Assembly (NCBI RefSeq): GCF_001447785.1
Contig: NW_015163102.1
Location: forward strand, 875,304-939,303
Origin: Gekko japonicus
Lineage: Eukaryota
Direction of reading: 5' to 3'
DNA: 64,000 nt
The position numbers and the translations under genes are program-made. How positions within the stretch are numbered: position 1 is the stretch's first letter; the number at the start of each line of letters is the position of its first letter. The notes under the pieces are model-generated. The model worked only from the letters and a program-made list of their open reading frames with translations. It did no database searches and had not been told where the DNA came from. This document shows, in pieces, positions 49,330 to 63,195 of the stretch.

Positions 49330-50412
49330 ATTATTTTTGTTTGTTTGTTTATAGTCTGCCTTCCTTCCTGGGACTCAAGGCAGATTACAGAGAATAAATC
49401 AGTACAACTAACAATGTGGGGCATCCAAAAGACAATGCACTAGGCATTTGACTTGTACAGATCGGGATAACTAACCAGAGGTGAAGCACATTATAAGTAC
49501 TAACATGAGTTACATGACACATTGAAAAAACGGCAAAAATTACTTCATAGGAGCCTACTTACAGCAACAGACTGTACAAACTGTACACTGTGGTATAGTC
49601 CACAGTCTCTAGCTTTCCATCTCAGGCCTTTCTCTGAGCTACATTGTTACAGTGTAGTACTATTACCTGTGCGAAAAGCCTTCTTGAATATTTCAATTTT
49701 ACATAGCTTGTGGAAAGCCAGGAGGGTGGGAGTCTTCCTGACCTTATCAGGCAGACAATTCCACAAAGTGGGTGCCACAACAGAAAATGCACAGGCACGG
49801 GCAGTTGTTGACGTTGTCCATTTGCAGGGTGGCACCATAGAAGGCCCTGTTTAGATGACAGAAGCTGTCATGGCAGATAATAGACAGAGAAGCAGTCCTG
49901 TAGATATGAGGGACCAAGGCAATGGAGGGCTTTCTATGTGGTAGCCAGTACCTTAGATTGACCCAGTAACTAATAGGAAGCCAATGGAATTACTGCAGAA
50001 TGGGAGTAATATGCATTCTCTTTCTGTCTCCCAATAATAGCCAAGCTGCAGCATTCTGTATCAACTGGAGACTCCTGATTAACTTTGAGGGGTGAACTAT
50101 GTAGAGTGCATTACAGTAGTCTAGTCTCAGTGTTACTATGTCATGGATCCAGGTGGCCAGATCATCCGTATCAAGGTAGGGGGCCATCTTCTGGGCTAGG
50201 CTTACTTGAAGACACTTTTTTGCATCTACTTTAATTTGTTTCTCTAGCAGTAATGTTGGATTCAGTACAACACCAAGGCTCTTAACTGAGTCAGCAAGGG
50301 TCAGCTGAGCCCCACTGAAAGCATAGTGTTCTTCAAGACATTTGTATTCCCAGCCAGCATTATGTCTGTCTTCCCAGGGTTTAGTTCCAATTTATTCTCT
50401 CTTAGGCATTTA
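49330..50412 (-). mobile_element. L2-clade LINE 3' fragment
   Basis: LELNPGKT, RLDYCNALY...LQLIQNAAA...HITPILQ and AFSVVAPTLWNCLP are L2 ORF2 C-terminal motifs. Confidence 0.88.
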
Positions 50413-51598
50413 GCCACGGAGAGAGGGGGAGGAGGAGAGAGAGAGAGGTATCGTCTACATAATGATGACAGCCAACCCCAAAACATTAGCAATGATATAC
50501 ACATTAAGTATCTACAGCTTGGGCCAACCTATATCCTGAATGTCATAGCTACATGTGAGTTACAGGTTCTCCTGCATGCACAGTGCTCAATTCAGATCAT
50601 GACTACAGAGTGCATGGAGAAGGGACTAGCCTTTCCCCTGTACCAGTTTTCTCGCTTGAAACGAACATGGGACTTGCTATTTGACTTATTGTGGAGCCCA
50701 CAAGTGTATGTGTGGGTTTCCGTGATGGGTGAAATTGCATCCCCTTGGGATTGGCATTGTAGATTTGTTTGTATTATGTATGCATACCGTAGAGTTTCAT
50801 ATGCAATGTGTGCATACAGTGTGCATCATTTATAGATTTAATGTACACGCAGATAGGGCTGGGAAATGTGTATGATTTATGGGGGGAAATCGGGGTGGGG
50901 CACAAAATTAAATAATTGTGGGCTTGTTCAGTATAAAGGAGAAATGGCATTGGGACAGAAATCTTGAAGTGGAAACAATAGGGGTGAAAAAATTGAAATT
51001 AACCCTTTCATCAGGCTGGACAGTTTATTAGTGAGGAACTGTAGTTGGGTTCTTGAACAGAAATCACTGGCTTTTACAGATAAGCCTCAGCAAACCATTT
51101 TGTGCTTTCCCCCCAGAAGTCTAGGATATATTGCACAGAAACTCTGCTGTCTTAATTCATTTCCTTGCTGTCTTTGTTCACCTGTCGCTCTTGGAATATG
51201 CTATCTACATTTTGCAATTGTTTTCCTATGGTAGCCATTTGTTTATCTGAAGAGCCATCTTTTTGATGACCACAGATTATGTGGTTGAAGTTCTGTGTAT
51301 ACCTTTTTATAGATTCTGATGTTTTTTTCCCTATCACACATTCAGATAATATACTGCTATTGGTAAATACCTGCTTGGTTTTCCCTTTATACATGAAAAA
51401 CATACATTTTGTATTTGGCATCTCATGGGCAGTGACTTTTCATGACAGTTTTCTCCCTAAACTACCAATGTGTTTGAAATGTCCTTTACACATGGTAGTG
51501 ACCTTTGCCACTGACCTTGACTGATTTAGGACTAAATTCAGTAATCACACTGATGAAATCAGTGCACTCAACTGCAAATATGTCATATGGTGATCACC

Positions 51599-53518
51599 AT
51601 TTTTTTGGTAAACTTTTATTGATAATATGAAGAACTTACAAATCACTTTACAGTTATAAATCTAGAGAGAACATATAAAACAGTTGTTGTGAAAAGAAAA
51701 GTAATCACAGTAGGCATGAGAAGAAATCTAAAAAGTTAAAAGAATACAATGTCCCATAAAAAGTGAGGTCAATATATAAGTCAAAGTAGAGATTTTCAAC
51801 CACATAGTATTTCAAATGAACTAGTTATTTAAAGAGTAGAAAGCAATACTGATGTGACAGGGAGCTTCCACTGTTGTATGTGACTCCACACCAGTTCAAG
51901 AAAAGAGTAGAAAGAAGAGAGGGGAAAAGATAACGTGAGGAATTTAAAGAGAAAGTATTTGTTGATATATCGAAGATGGAGGTGAAATGTCTTGCAAGAG
52001 TATGTACTTGAGAAAGGGAAACCATTTTTCTGCAAATGAGGTTGTTTTGGGATAGATGTCTGTTTGTAAGATGTGGTCTGTGATTTTTTCCCAATATTAG
52101 ATGGTCCCATACTTTCTTATATCAGTTGGATAATGTGGGTGTTGATGGAGACTTCCAGTGAGATGCTATGACTGTCTGTGCAGCTGCCAACAAGCTGTGA
52201 ATGAGGTCCCATCTGATTTTGGGGACTGAGAGATTACTTCCATAGCATAAGAAAATCAGTTCTGGTGACATTGGCTGTGTATAACCTGTTATAGATGTGA
52301 TTTGTGTGAAGACAGTATTCTAAAATTCTTGCAATCCAGAAAATCCAGCAATGTGCAAATGAACTAGTGCCTTCACAGCCTTTCCAACAGATCTGAGAAG
52401 GAGAAGGAGATATCTTGGCTAGCTTCTTCAGAGTGGGATACCATCATGATAAGATTTTATAGCATTGTAACTTGAGATGTATGGAGGGTAAGGAAGCAAG
52501 TAGGGTGTGCCAAATAGGAGACCAATGATCAGCTGTGAAATCAATGCCACAGTCCTGGGCCAATGCCATTTGATAGGGCAGAAGTCTGGAGGTAGACTAT
52601 TGGAATAGTAAGAGATACAACTTCCTGACAAGTCTGTGAGTAGCAGTAATGTCACAATTTAATAGAGTTTCACATTCTGTTAGAGGATAGCTCATTAAAG
52701 CAGATAAACATAGTTGATTGGTCATGTGATGCAACTGAAGGTAGAAGAACCATGGGATCTTATTGTGTAACTTTTGTTCTAGAAGCAGTTCTGGTCCAAG
52801 GTCATGAACCAGTATTATATCCATCAGACCAATAACAATCTGGCTTGTCTCCAGATTGGAGTGGCTGATGGATTTGCCTCCGGAGGGAACAAGGGCTTAT
52901 GTAAAAATTTAGAGAAATGTGAGATTTTTGAGACCAGCTTGTGCTTCAGAGAATCCCACACCTTGAGTAGAGCCGTGAGAAGGATGTTATCCCGATGTTT
53001 GGGTGGGCACAATGTTGGGTTTGTCCAGATTGTTTCTCATGAATATGGTGACCATTAATGACCATGATTTATCAGTGCAGTATAAAAAAGGACCAGTAAG
53101 AGAACTGCCTCTGAAGTACAGTTCAAACTGAAGGTAGAAGAACCATGGGATCTTACTGTGTAACTTTTGTTCTAGAAGCAATTCTGGTCCTAGGTCATGA
53201 CCCAGCATTATATCCATCAGACCAATGATGTTGGCTTGTCTCCAGATTGGAGTGGCTGATGGATTTACCTCCGGAGGGAACAAGGGCTTATGTAAAAATG
53301 TAGAGAAATGTGAGATTTTTGGGACCAGCTTGTGCTTCAGAGAATCCCACACCTTGAGTAGAGCCGTGAGAAGGATGTTATCCCGATGTTTGGGTGGGCA
53401 CAATGTTGGGTTTGTCCAGATTGTTTCTCATGAATATGGTGACCATTAATGACCATGATTTATCAGTGCAGTATAAAAAAGGACCAGTAAGAGAACTGCC
53501 TCTGAAGTACAGTTCAAA
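51599..53518 (-). mobile_element. Degraded L1-clade LINE fragment with internal tandem duplication
   Basis: T-run at about 51600; PWFFYLQL and FELYF L1-like peptides; multiple frameshifts. Confidence 0.75.
52733..53518. repeat. About 392-bp tandem duplication
   Basis: Units start at 52733 and 53126 (aactgaaggtagaagaacc). Confidence 0.95.
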
Positions 53519-53865
53519 TATAACGTGAATTATATTGAATTTTCATAGTTCAAGTTCAAAATTTTAAGGGATTTTTACCCGCTATTGTGATTGGGGAAAC
53601 CAAAGCTAACATCCTTGCTCTGTCATGAAGTTCATTGGGTGGCCTGCAGCTAGACACAATTCCTTCACTCAGCCTACCTTACCCTATTGTTAGGATAAAA
53701 TGGTGAGTGAAGAATAACATATCTCACCCTGAATTCCCTGGAGGAAGGCCAAGAAACATTTGATAGATAAATTTGATAAATCATGACACTTCCTTCTGCT
53801 GATCTGATCTGTTTAGTACAGCATTTTCTTTTCTGAACAATAGTGACTCTCCAGAATTGGATATT

Positions 53866-54085
53866 GGGTTCCAACCTCCAAGTGGTGGCTGGAGATCTCC
53901 TGGGATTACAATTGATCTCTAGGTGACAGAGATCAGTTAACCTGGAGAAAATGACTGAATTGGAAGGTGGACTCTATGGCATTATGTCCTGCTGAGGTCC
54001 CTCCCTTCCCTCCTCAAACCCCACCATTCACATGCTCCACCCCCAAAACCTCCAGGTATTTATGAACCCAAAGCTGGCAACCATA
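53866..54085. mobile_element. MITE-like repeat with (ta)gggttgcca-type ends
   Basis: gggttccaacctcc...ctggcaaccata; homologues at about 11185-11330, 54195-54432 (inverted) and 56935-57305. Confidence 0.65.
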
Positions 54086-54194
54086 GTTGGATGTAATGAT
54101 ATTTCCCAGTCCTTCTCTTTGAGAAACTTTTTTAGCTGGAAATATCAGGATTTGAACCTGGAACCTTCTGTATACAAGGCATCTGCTCTGCCAG

Positions 54195-54432
54195 TAGGGT
54201 TGCCAGCCCCCCACCACCACCAGTGGGGAATGGGGGCTAGGGCTGCCAGATCCACATTGGAAAACTCCTGGAGATTTGGGGATGTAGCCTGGGGAGCATA
54301 GGAACCTCCGTGGGGTATAATACCATAAAGTCCACAAGCCAAAGCACCCATTTTCTCCAGGTTAACTAATACTCTGGAGATGAGCTATAATTCTGGGAGA
54401 TCCCCAGGTCTCACCTGGAGGCTGGCATCAGT
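54195..54432. mobile_element. Same MITE family, inverted copy
   Basis: Starts tagggttgccagc; ccattttctccagg...gagatccc is the reverse complement of the 53890-53950 block. Confidence 0.65.
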
Positions 54433-54962
54433 ATCTATGACTGAGCTACAGCTTCTGCCATCTGTTTTGGGTGCAAATATATTCTGTATGATATAATTTC
54501 ACTAGTAATTGAGTTTTCTCACTAATTAAAACAAAAGAATTTCAATTCTATGAAGGCTTGTGTATACATAAAGCATATTTTATAATCCATTTCATCTAAA
54601 TCAAGTAATCAGAAAACCATTAAAATTCTCCAGCCAGTGTGGTTTTGTCCATGTTACCTTATCCTGGAGTATTTAAGGGCTTGGGCAAAATGAACTTTGG
54701 TTTTGGTTGGGTGGTAATTAAAGCTAACATTTATTTAATCTTTCTGCCTGATAAGCCTTATTCCATTTTGTTCAGGGTCAGCATACTAGCAGCATATTAA
54801 TAACACCAGTGTTCCTGTATTAATATTTTAAACTAAATTAATACATCAGAAAAGGCTCAAATTAGGAGAGGTGCTCATAAAGAAACATTTAATAGCCTAC
54901 AGTAGGGTAATCATAATTTTCAATCAAACAGTGCCTGTGAAAACTACTTCCAATTATTAATT

Positions 54963-54982
54963 GTGTGTGTGTGTGTGTGTGT
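54963..54982. repeat. (GT)n microsatellite
   Basis: Read directly from the sequence. Confidence 0.95.
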
Positions 54983-55142
54983 ATTCTTCAGTAACGTAGC
55001 TGTGATTCAGCTAAAGCTAAGTACTTTTAATCAAAGGAAAGTTAATATGTAATTCTCCTGTTTATCGAAAGGGAGCAGAAATGGATGGATTGACTGAGTC
55101 CTATATGTTTTACATTGAGTTTTTTGTCCCCAGTGTAAATCA

Positions 55143-55428
55143 TCTATAAAACTATGATATATCAATACATCTAATTCTCAGTATTGCCAACCCTGTGGAT
55201 ACTTAAATCCAGAGATTGGGACCATGGACAAACAAGACCGATCTTTCTACAAACGTGAGAGAAGTCCTAGGTTTGCAGAAAAAATCTAACACCTAAAAAA
55301 GGAAGGAAAGCTGGCTGATGGGTGGAAAAGGGGAAAGGCTATTGGGGCTTTCAGGGAAGGGAAATAGTGGGGGAGGGTAAAATGAGATGCCCACCAGCAA
55401 GTCCTTGAAGCCTCGTCCCCCACTTGTA
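55143..55428 (+). mobile_element. Possible short non-autonomous Helitron-like repeat
   Basis: Begins tctataaaac, ends gcaagtccttg...ccccacttgt with a small hairpin; inverted homologues at about 13625-13700 and 14370-14420. Confidence 0.4.
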
Positions 55429-56129
55429 CACTCTATTTACCAGAATGCTCCACTGGTATTCCAATTTGCCTGGCAAGGTGCCCGGTCCCCCACAGCTATT
55501 AATCCAATACACGTTTAGGTAAAGTAGTATTTTATTAAAGCTATGATAGTGGGATGAAAGAACCTGCTTGTTTGGATTTCTATATATACACTAGAGCAAT
55601 GAAGCACTTTGGCTTCATGCCTAAAAGTTCTTAGACTCTCCTCAAGTGAATAAACAATATTACCTGCACTTCCTTAAGTTAGTGTAATGAAATACCATTT
55701 CTGATGTAATATTTAGCATTCAAAGAATCACTTGCTGGATTTGTTTCAGCAAATATATGTGCATCAGTTGCCGTTATAAACGTTGTTCAAATGCCATTTG
55801 ATAGTGTTAAGGGACATCTTAGTGAGGTTAGTACCTGTTTTATGAGGCACTAACAACTATGGAAAAAAAACCAGGATTAGTGTACTGCTGCAGCATGTCA
55901 TGTTGGAGCCAACTCTTTTTATTTGTTTAGACAATTTCTATCCTGCCTCTCCAAGAAATCTGGAGTGAGGTGGTTAACACCAAAAACAAACAAGTTGTTG
56001 CTGTTGTTGTTAGTTAGATATTTCTGCAAACCTGGGCCTTTTTCAGGTTTGTAGAAAGAACTGTCTTGTCAGTTTATGGCAACAGGCTCTGGGTTTAGGT
56101 GTCCACATGTTGAGAATTAGATATACACT

Positions 56130-56435
56130 GATGTGTAGTGTTGCCATGGAAGACACCAGGTCCAGAGCCTGTTTAGAGCGGGCCACATCAGCATAGACAT
56201 TGAAATCTCTGAGCACCAGAAGCCTTGGAAACTCCAAGGTCCAGCCAGTGGCTGCCGCCAGCAGGCCTGACAGACTGTCCACTGGTGCGCTAGGCAGTTG
56301 GTACACCAGCCAAACTCTCCTCGGCTTCCCACACCAGACCCACAGAATCAGTACTGGGGATCTTTGGTGCAGGGAGTGCCCTGAAAAAGAAAGACTCCTG
56401 TATGAGTATTGCCACCCCCACCCCCCGTAGATCTG
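56130..56435 (-). mobile_element. L2-like LINE endonuclease fragment
   Basis: GVAILIQESF...YQLPSAP...LLVLRDFNVY across frames (APE GGVA, YRPP and GDFN-like motifs). Confidence 0.7.
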
Positions 56436-56934
56436 GGACTGATAAAGGACAACAAAATTTCAACAACAAAATTCTCAGCAATAAAAAAAATCAGTGAAAC
56501 CAGCAGTATAAACATTTACAGTAAAATGGTAGACCTGTCTTCCATGTTGTTTATTTCCATTTCTGTCCTGTCTTTCTATATAATAATTCTGTTTTGGTCA
56601 TGGACTCTCCTGAACATTCCACATGCTCCCAAATCAGTTGGATTCCTGATCTGTCACTCAGAAGCTGTCCCTGTCCACTGGCTGCACTGCCTGAGTCTCA
56701 CCTCCAGTATTCTAAACACTTTGCTGTTCCTCCCCCCCCCCAATCCAGTCGGAACACAGAGTTCATTTGCATATGTGGCCTGATTGGCCTTTGCCGCCAA
56801 CATTCTAAACAGTTTGTTGTTGCTGTAGGGAGTTATTGAATGTGTCCTGAGGTAAAATACATATCCTAAATTTCCCTTAAACAATCACTGGAATTGCCAA
56901 AATACATATCCCAATTTTCCCTTAAATGGTCACT

Positions 56935-57305
56935 GGAGTTGCCAATCTCCCTGTGGGGCCTGGAGATTTCCCAGAAATCACCGTGTTCCCCAGCCACAGC
57001 ACATCATTTCCCCTACAGAAAATTTCCAAGCTACTACAATGGCTGCTTTGGGCAGTGGACCCTATGGCATTATACCCTGCTGAAGCCCTTCTGCACCCCA
57101 AACCCTGCCCTCCCCAGGCTCTACCCCTCAAATCTACAGGTCTGGCCCTCCCCTTAGTATTGCCAGGCTCCAAGCAGCACCTGGAGATCTCCATGGGGTA
57201 CAATGCCATTGCATCTACCCTTCAAAGCATCCATTTTCTCCAGTCTAGAGATAAGCTGCAATTCTGGGGGATCCGCAGCTTCCACCGGGAGGCTGGCATC
57301 CCTAC
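56935..57305. mobile_element. Two adjacent copies, in opposite orientation, of the gggttgcca-type MITE family
   Basis: Homology to 53866-54085 and 54195-54432. Confidence 0.6.
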
Positions 57306-59679
57306 TCCAGCAGGTATTTGATGCCATTGCAAGTGAGGCCAGAAGAAGTACACTGAATGGGGAGAGCTGTAGACGTTGCAGAGATAACAAGGGGCAGCAT
57401 AATAAAGTGCAAACCAGGGATGTCACTGACCATGAGAGATGAGGTACAGCTGGATATATTTATGGTGCACATAATACATGGTACACATCCACAGAGGCAT
57501 TTTCCACACCGTTCTGAATATGCCATTTGGAAATAAAACCAGAAAAGCACCGCAGTGTACACTTTAGAGCAGTTATTTTAACATATTTCTGCAACCTTAT
57601 TAAAAATGATTTCTTAAACCATTCTGATTGTTATCCATGGGTGCCTTCTGCAGAGAGCTGATAAGTAGAAGAGATGGCCTAATAGCCTGCTAATGAGCTC
57701 TTTCCCCCAGTGGAACTTTTAAGTCTGGATCAGGAGGGTCACTGCCAGCCAAGTATTGAATTATTAAAGCTGGTAATTAATCCAGCCCAAATGCACCTGT
57801 TTATAATGCTATAGCACCTGGGAATTGCCAACCAGGTTTTTGTGGATCGTATATTTATGCGCAGTTATCACAGCGAGGTTTTTAAAATATATAGATTTTT
57901 AAAAAACCCTTTCCTTCAGGAAAGAGCAGACATGTGCGTGTGCTCAAGCAACGGAGATTGCTACAATGAGACTTCTTAAGTAACTGTGAAATGTGGTCTT
58001 TATTTTATTCAGAATGCAAAAAAGTTGGATGGTTGCCGTCAAGATCTTTGCCTGTTGCAAGGAATCAGACTGCTAGGCAAAATCCAGGGTGCAAGGGACA
58101 GGAGCTGGGTCAAATATAGTGTGGTGCTGTCACATTTGAAAACTGATCTGATGGCTATTTCAAAAACCACCATACTGTCAGTGAATCCACTGAGGAGACA
58201 AGCCTCATATAATGGATGTTATTTCTTCCCATACCATCTACATCCTTGAAATATTCTAAGCTTTCTCCATGAAACTATCTATATTCTTGTTCATGTTTAT
58301 CTTCTCACACAAAGTAATTTTCTCTTGCAAGCAGAACATATATGTGAAAAAAACCCATCTATATGCTTATGATATTCCCATTCTTCTGAACCAAATGATC
58401 TTGAACCAGGAGGGGTGTGCAATCCCCCCCCTTTCCAGTACAGGTATATTGAACGGGGGGGAGGGGTCGAGTTTAAAAACAAAATCCTGTATCCTAATAC
58501 CAGTGTGGTATTCAGATCTGGGATTTTTAGGCTATCCCAATTTTTTCCGAGTCCAATAGAACCCATGGGGGGGATTGCACAACAGAAGCTGTGCCCTTGT
58601 GGAACAGTCTGCTCCTCACAGGCATAGCTGATCCTGCTTTAAACCAGACTGCAAGAGAAGACAACACGAAACTGAGACAGAGGGGAGCTCTCAGCTCCTG
58701 CCACCCCGGGCAGTCCTTGTCTGTCTACACGTGCAGCTTGATTTAAGCTGAGCTGCAGGAGGAGCCAGCCCCAGCTGAGAGGCATGGAGTTCTCAGCTAC
58801 TGATGATCAGTGTCAAGTCCTGGATGCAATCACTCTCACAAATACTCGTGTAGCAGCAAGATTTGTTTATTAAGAGGTTGAAAGGTTCCAAGCATAGACA
58901 GCTTCTGTGTCGGAACTGGGGCCCAGACACCAATTCTGCCAATATATTGAAAGCAAGGAATTCCACAAATGCCAAGCAACCAATCATTGCTCCCATTCAG
59001 CCTGCCACACATCTGCCCCTAACACCTGCAAGCTAATGGTTACATTATCTAGAAGCTCCCCAGACTACAAGGTCACACAGAACACTGAGATCATATACTT
59101 CCCAATGTGTTCTCAACACACTTGGGAGGCCCCTGCTTGAGAACTGTTATGAGCTGACAAGCTAAGTAAACAACTATACACATCCACCACCTCCCTTTCC
59201 CAGCAGAGATGATAAACAGCAGTGAAGAAGAGGAAGGTTGCGTGCAACATAGGAATTGTAGAAAACATGTGAATCCATAGCACAACCAATGGAATAATGA
59301 AATGTGGGACAATAACCCCTAATGCAACAGAACATGAGTGTAAGAAAACAGGGAATATTTGGCACGTTTGACAATCAGCTAGTCCTCTCTTGCAGGCAGC
59401 TTCATTTAAACTGACTTCTCTTGCACCTTGGTTTAAACCAAGCTACAAGTGGAGCCAGCCCTACCTGAGGTGGCGCAGAGCTCTCAGCACCCGCTGCCCC
59501 AGCTTGCAGCTCAATTTAAACTGAGTTACAAGAGGAGCTACCCCCAGTTGAAGTGGCATGGAGCTCTCAGCTCCTGCCACTCCAGCTGATCCTCTCTTGC
59601 AGCTCAGTTTAAATCGGTCTGCAAGAGGAGCCAGCCCCAGTCGAGTTAAATACCAGACTTTACCCAGTCATAGAAGCAT

Positions 59680-60067
59680 GGTACTGAGTGCAGTAAATAA
59701 GTCTCCCAAGAAGTATATTGCAAAAAAGGTAAATTTACATTTATTCAAGTAGATCCAGTTCACATTCAGGTTGCGGTCGAGAGGAGAGAGAAGCCTCATC
59801 TATACTTTCCCTATCACAAATGGCCAGTTTATCCGGCACCGTCTGGGAGTATGAAGGTGTTGTTTCTTCAGGAGAGACCTGCAGAGATGTGTCTCCATGG
59901 AAGGCCATGAAGAGTGAGAGGACAACGAGACCGGGGGGGGGGGTTAGAAGGCAGCTCCCAGGTTAAGACAAAGAGAGGCATCCTATTCAAGGAGATAGCA
60001 CCTCTACACATTTAGATTAATGTAGCGTCCCCCAATGTCCAGGCATGCTGGGTTGCTCACTCCAACA
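59680..60067 (-). mobile_element. Possible solo LTR
   Basis: Ends ccaaca (TGTTGG on minus) and has a minus-strand aataaa near 59740; no TSD found. Confidence 0.3.
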
Positions 60068-62537
60068 CCAGGTACCCTGAGAAACTCACAAGCAATTTGA
60101 GAACATTATGTGGCCCCTGTTTTCTCTGTGTGGTAATCAGAGACATATTATAAGCCAATTTTCTTGGTTTATAATAAAAGCTCCACCATTTATCAGTTCA
60201 CAGTTATTGAGCACATGTGTTCAGGCATATTTGTGGTATTACATCAAAAAACCCAATAGAGAGCCAGTGCAGTATATTGGTTAGGGTGTTGGTTATAACC
60301 AAGGGCATCCAAGTTTAAATATCTGTTCAGCCACAAAGTGCAGTGGATAACTTTCTCTCTCAACTGAATCAAATTATCTTAGGGATGCCAGTCACTGGTT
60401 GGCAACTGGGGGGGGGGATGGAGGAATGCCCCCCCTCTAGTTAACAACCAATGGCTGGTATATGCCTGAAGTGACATTATATCACTTGGTATGACATTGG
60501 AGTGACAGTCTAAGGTTTGGACAAAATTCTATGGTAAAACCACCCAGTAAAATAATGGTACATAATTTTCTGGGGAAACTTCTTAAAAGTGACATAAAGA
60601 AGGAAACAATTATTTTGAAATATGTTAACAGCATGGAATCAACTATGTGCATTTTTAAAAACAAAAATACAGTTTCGTCCAAATCCTAGAATGTCAGACC
60701 GATGTCATGCTGGTGATGTGATGTAACTTCTGTGTGTTCACTGGAAATGATGTTGCGCCATTGAAATGATGCCACTTTTTTAAAAAGTCCTCTTCCTTCA
60801 GCAGGCTGGCAGGAGACAGAGGGAAACCAGAAGGTCTCACTATATTATCTGGACTGAAATTTGTATCTCAGAGACCAGAAGAAGTTTTTTTCTGGGGCTG
60901 GTTCTAGCCCAGACTTCCGGTTGGCGAGCTCTATGTACAGGGACTCAATCCAGCAATGATTTTATTCCATAAAATCAGGTGACATCCTTTTCATATCCTG
61001 AGCTTATCTATCAAAGAGATCCATGTACCAAAAGCCTGATACTTCACACAGACAATCCCTGATGGGCCAGGACATCTATCTAACTATTTATTTCCATTCA
61101 CTTCTTGTTATCTTTCTAATGGTACAGTGTATCTATCCTCCCTCTCTCTCTTTCTCTCACTGTTAAGCCTCTCTGCTTCTATTTATCTGGCCTTTCTCTA
61201 CCTTCCACTTATTTCTATTCCTATCTACAATATATCTAGCCCATCGATGTATCTCTTTACTTTCCCATCTCTTTCTAACTCTGCAATATATCTATCTGCT
61301 TCTCCATTTTTCTGTTTATCTTGCTTTCTCTTTTCCCTGTTTCCCTGGTTCTATTTATCACTGTCACTTCTCCCTGCTTCCCCCCATCTTTCTGTTCCTA
61401 TCTATAATATATCTACTTTCCCCACCGTGTAATGGATTCCAATCACAGCCCTGCAAAATGCCTCACAAGGGCTGATGTTTCTGCCCTGTTAGAGTAAATA
61501 GACCCAAAGCCTAGGCTGAGCCATTTTCAAGATCAAGGCTTGATAATTGCCTGAAGTCATTGCGAGCCATTCTAAAGAGAGTTTCACTCCTGCCGTGAAT
61601 AAATTCCTCAAATGAATCAATTTCACTTATGCATGAAAATCAATCATGCAAAGTTCCTTCTTTTCTTTTAAAGCAATCTGTCACTTTCAAAGCAGAATAT
61701 ACCGAGCCCATTTTATGGTGTAACAGCCCCCCCCCCCACAGCTCAGTTTCTTGAACTTTATCTTTATCTAAGCAATACTAAACAATGGTAATGGCTGTGG
61801 AAACATGGCACAAAGAGGGGCTGAAATTGTTTGGCTGGACATGTACCAATCTAAGGATATTTCCCAAATTCTCCAATTTCTTTTGAGATGTTGGTGATCC
61901 AGATTAGGTTGTTTATTAACTGATTTCCCACCAAAGTGGCATATAAATATATGCCCTATTAAATATAAAATTATATATAAAACCCACAATTACATATTGA
62001 GAGTTCTTTCTGCCTCACTCCTGGTGCCCTCCCCCTGTCATTGTTCCAGGGATGCTGAAGTCTCAGAATTGAGATGGCTGAGGCTACTTCACCCCTGCTA
62101 GCTGACTCCCAGTCTTTCTGTCACTCTCACCCTGACATGGATTTAGACCACTGTCCTTCTCAACCTCAGCAGTTGGTCCCTTTTTATCTTTGTTTCTCCC
62201 TGTAAGTGCCTCCCCTCTCCCTCCTGTTCCTTTGAGTGAATGGGTCAATCCTCCCATCTGTCTTCCCTCTCCATCTTCACATTGGTTCTTCTACTATTCC
62301 CATAAAAGCCCTCTTCCCTAACTCCTCCCTTATGTTTCCTCCTCCTGCCTGTTCATCCTGGGTGTGACTGGGTTCAGCATCTTTCTTTGTTCTCCCCAGT
62401 CCTTCTATTGCAGCCCAAGGTAGGTATTCCTTCCCATTAGTGGGTTCCCTTCCCCACTCCCTCCTCCCTCTTTCCAATCCCTTGCCCTGGCCTGGCCCTG
62501 TGAAAGCTACTGCTTCAAGGCTTTGGGAGCCCTGCCC

Positions 62538-63195
62538 TGTAACTCTTCTGATACCTTGGGGAGGCTCCATGGAGCCTGGGGAGGTGGAGTGCTATTTTTC
62601 CTCAGCCAGCCTTCCCCCACTCTCTTTGCTGTTGGTGGCATGGAGCAACCCAGGCTCCTCCAGAGTCAGTTTAGAAGAGGAACCTTTACCAACACCTGAG
62701 AGAGAAGAGGCTCCAGCATCTGCGCAGGAGAGGCACCAAGGTGAAGAGACTGAGGTGCAGTCAGAGGAAGAGTCTAATCCATAGCCTGGCCCAGTACCAC
62801 CAGTTTGAGATGCCACGAGGCCAGAGTCCCCACCTAGCTCACCTGGTTGTCCCAGAAGCAGGGCACACCAGCATCTGAATGTGCAAGAGAGAAGAAGAAG
62901 TGCCAGACTTCAGCTGTTGCAAAAGCAATGTGAGGGGCTGTGAGTCTTTGCAGATTGCCTTCCAGGGAAGGGAGGATCCGGTCATAAGCAACCACACTCA
63001 CCTGCCTTGGTGCGGATGCAACCGTGTGATCTCGGACCTTTTCCCGGCTGCCAGCCTCCACTCTTTGCTCCTGAGAACGCTGACTGATTTCCTGGGATTC
63101 TGACCATTGGCAGGCATTGTGTTTTGGCTAGGTTTTGGACTGTGTATCTAGCTTTCAGTGAAGTGTATCCATGGTGACCGGCCAGACCCAGCACA
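62538..63195 (+). mobile_element. Possible solo LTR
   Basis: TG...CA-bounded GC-richer block; no TSD found. Confidence 0.3.

Noticed and set aside
58000-58110. Possible host exon after ttattttattcAG
   Set aside because: No recognisable protein in any frame and no convincing donor.
61070-61425. 101-aa hydrophobic ORF
   Set aside because: Product of a low-complexity CT/ATCT-rich tract.
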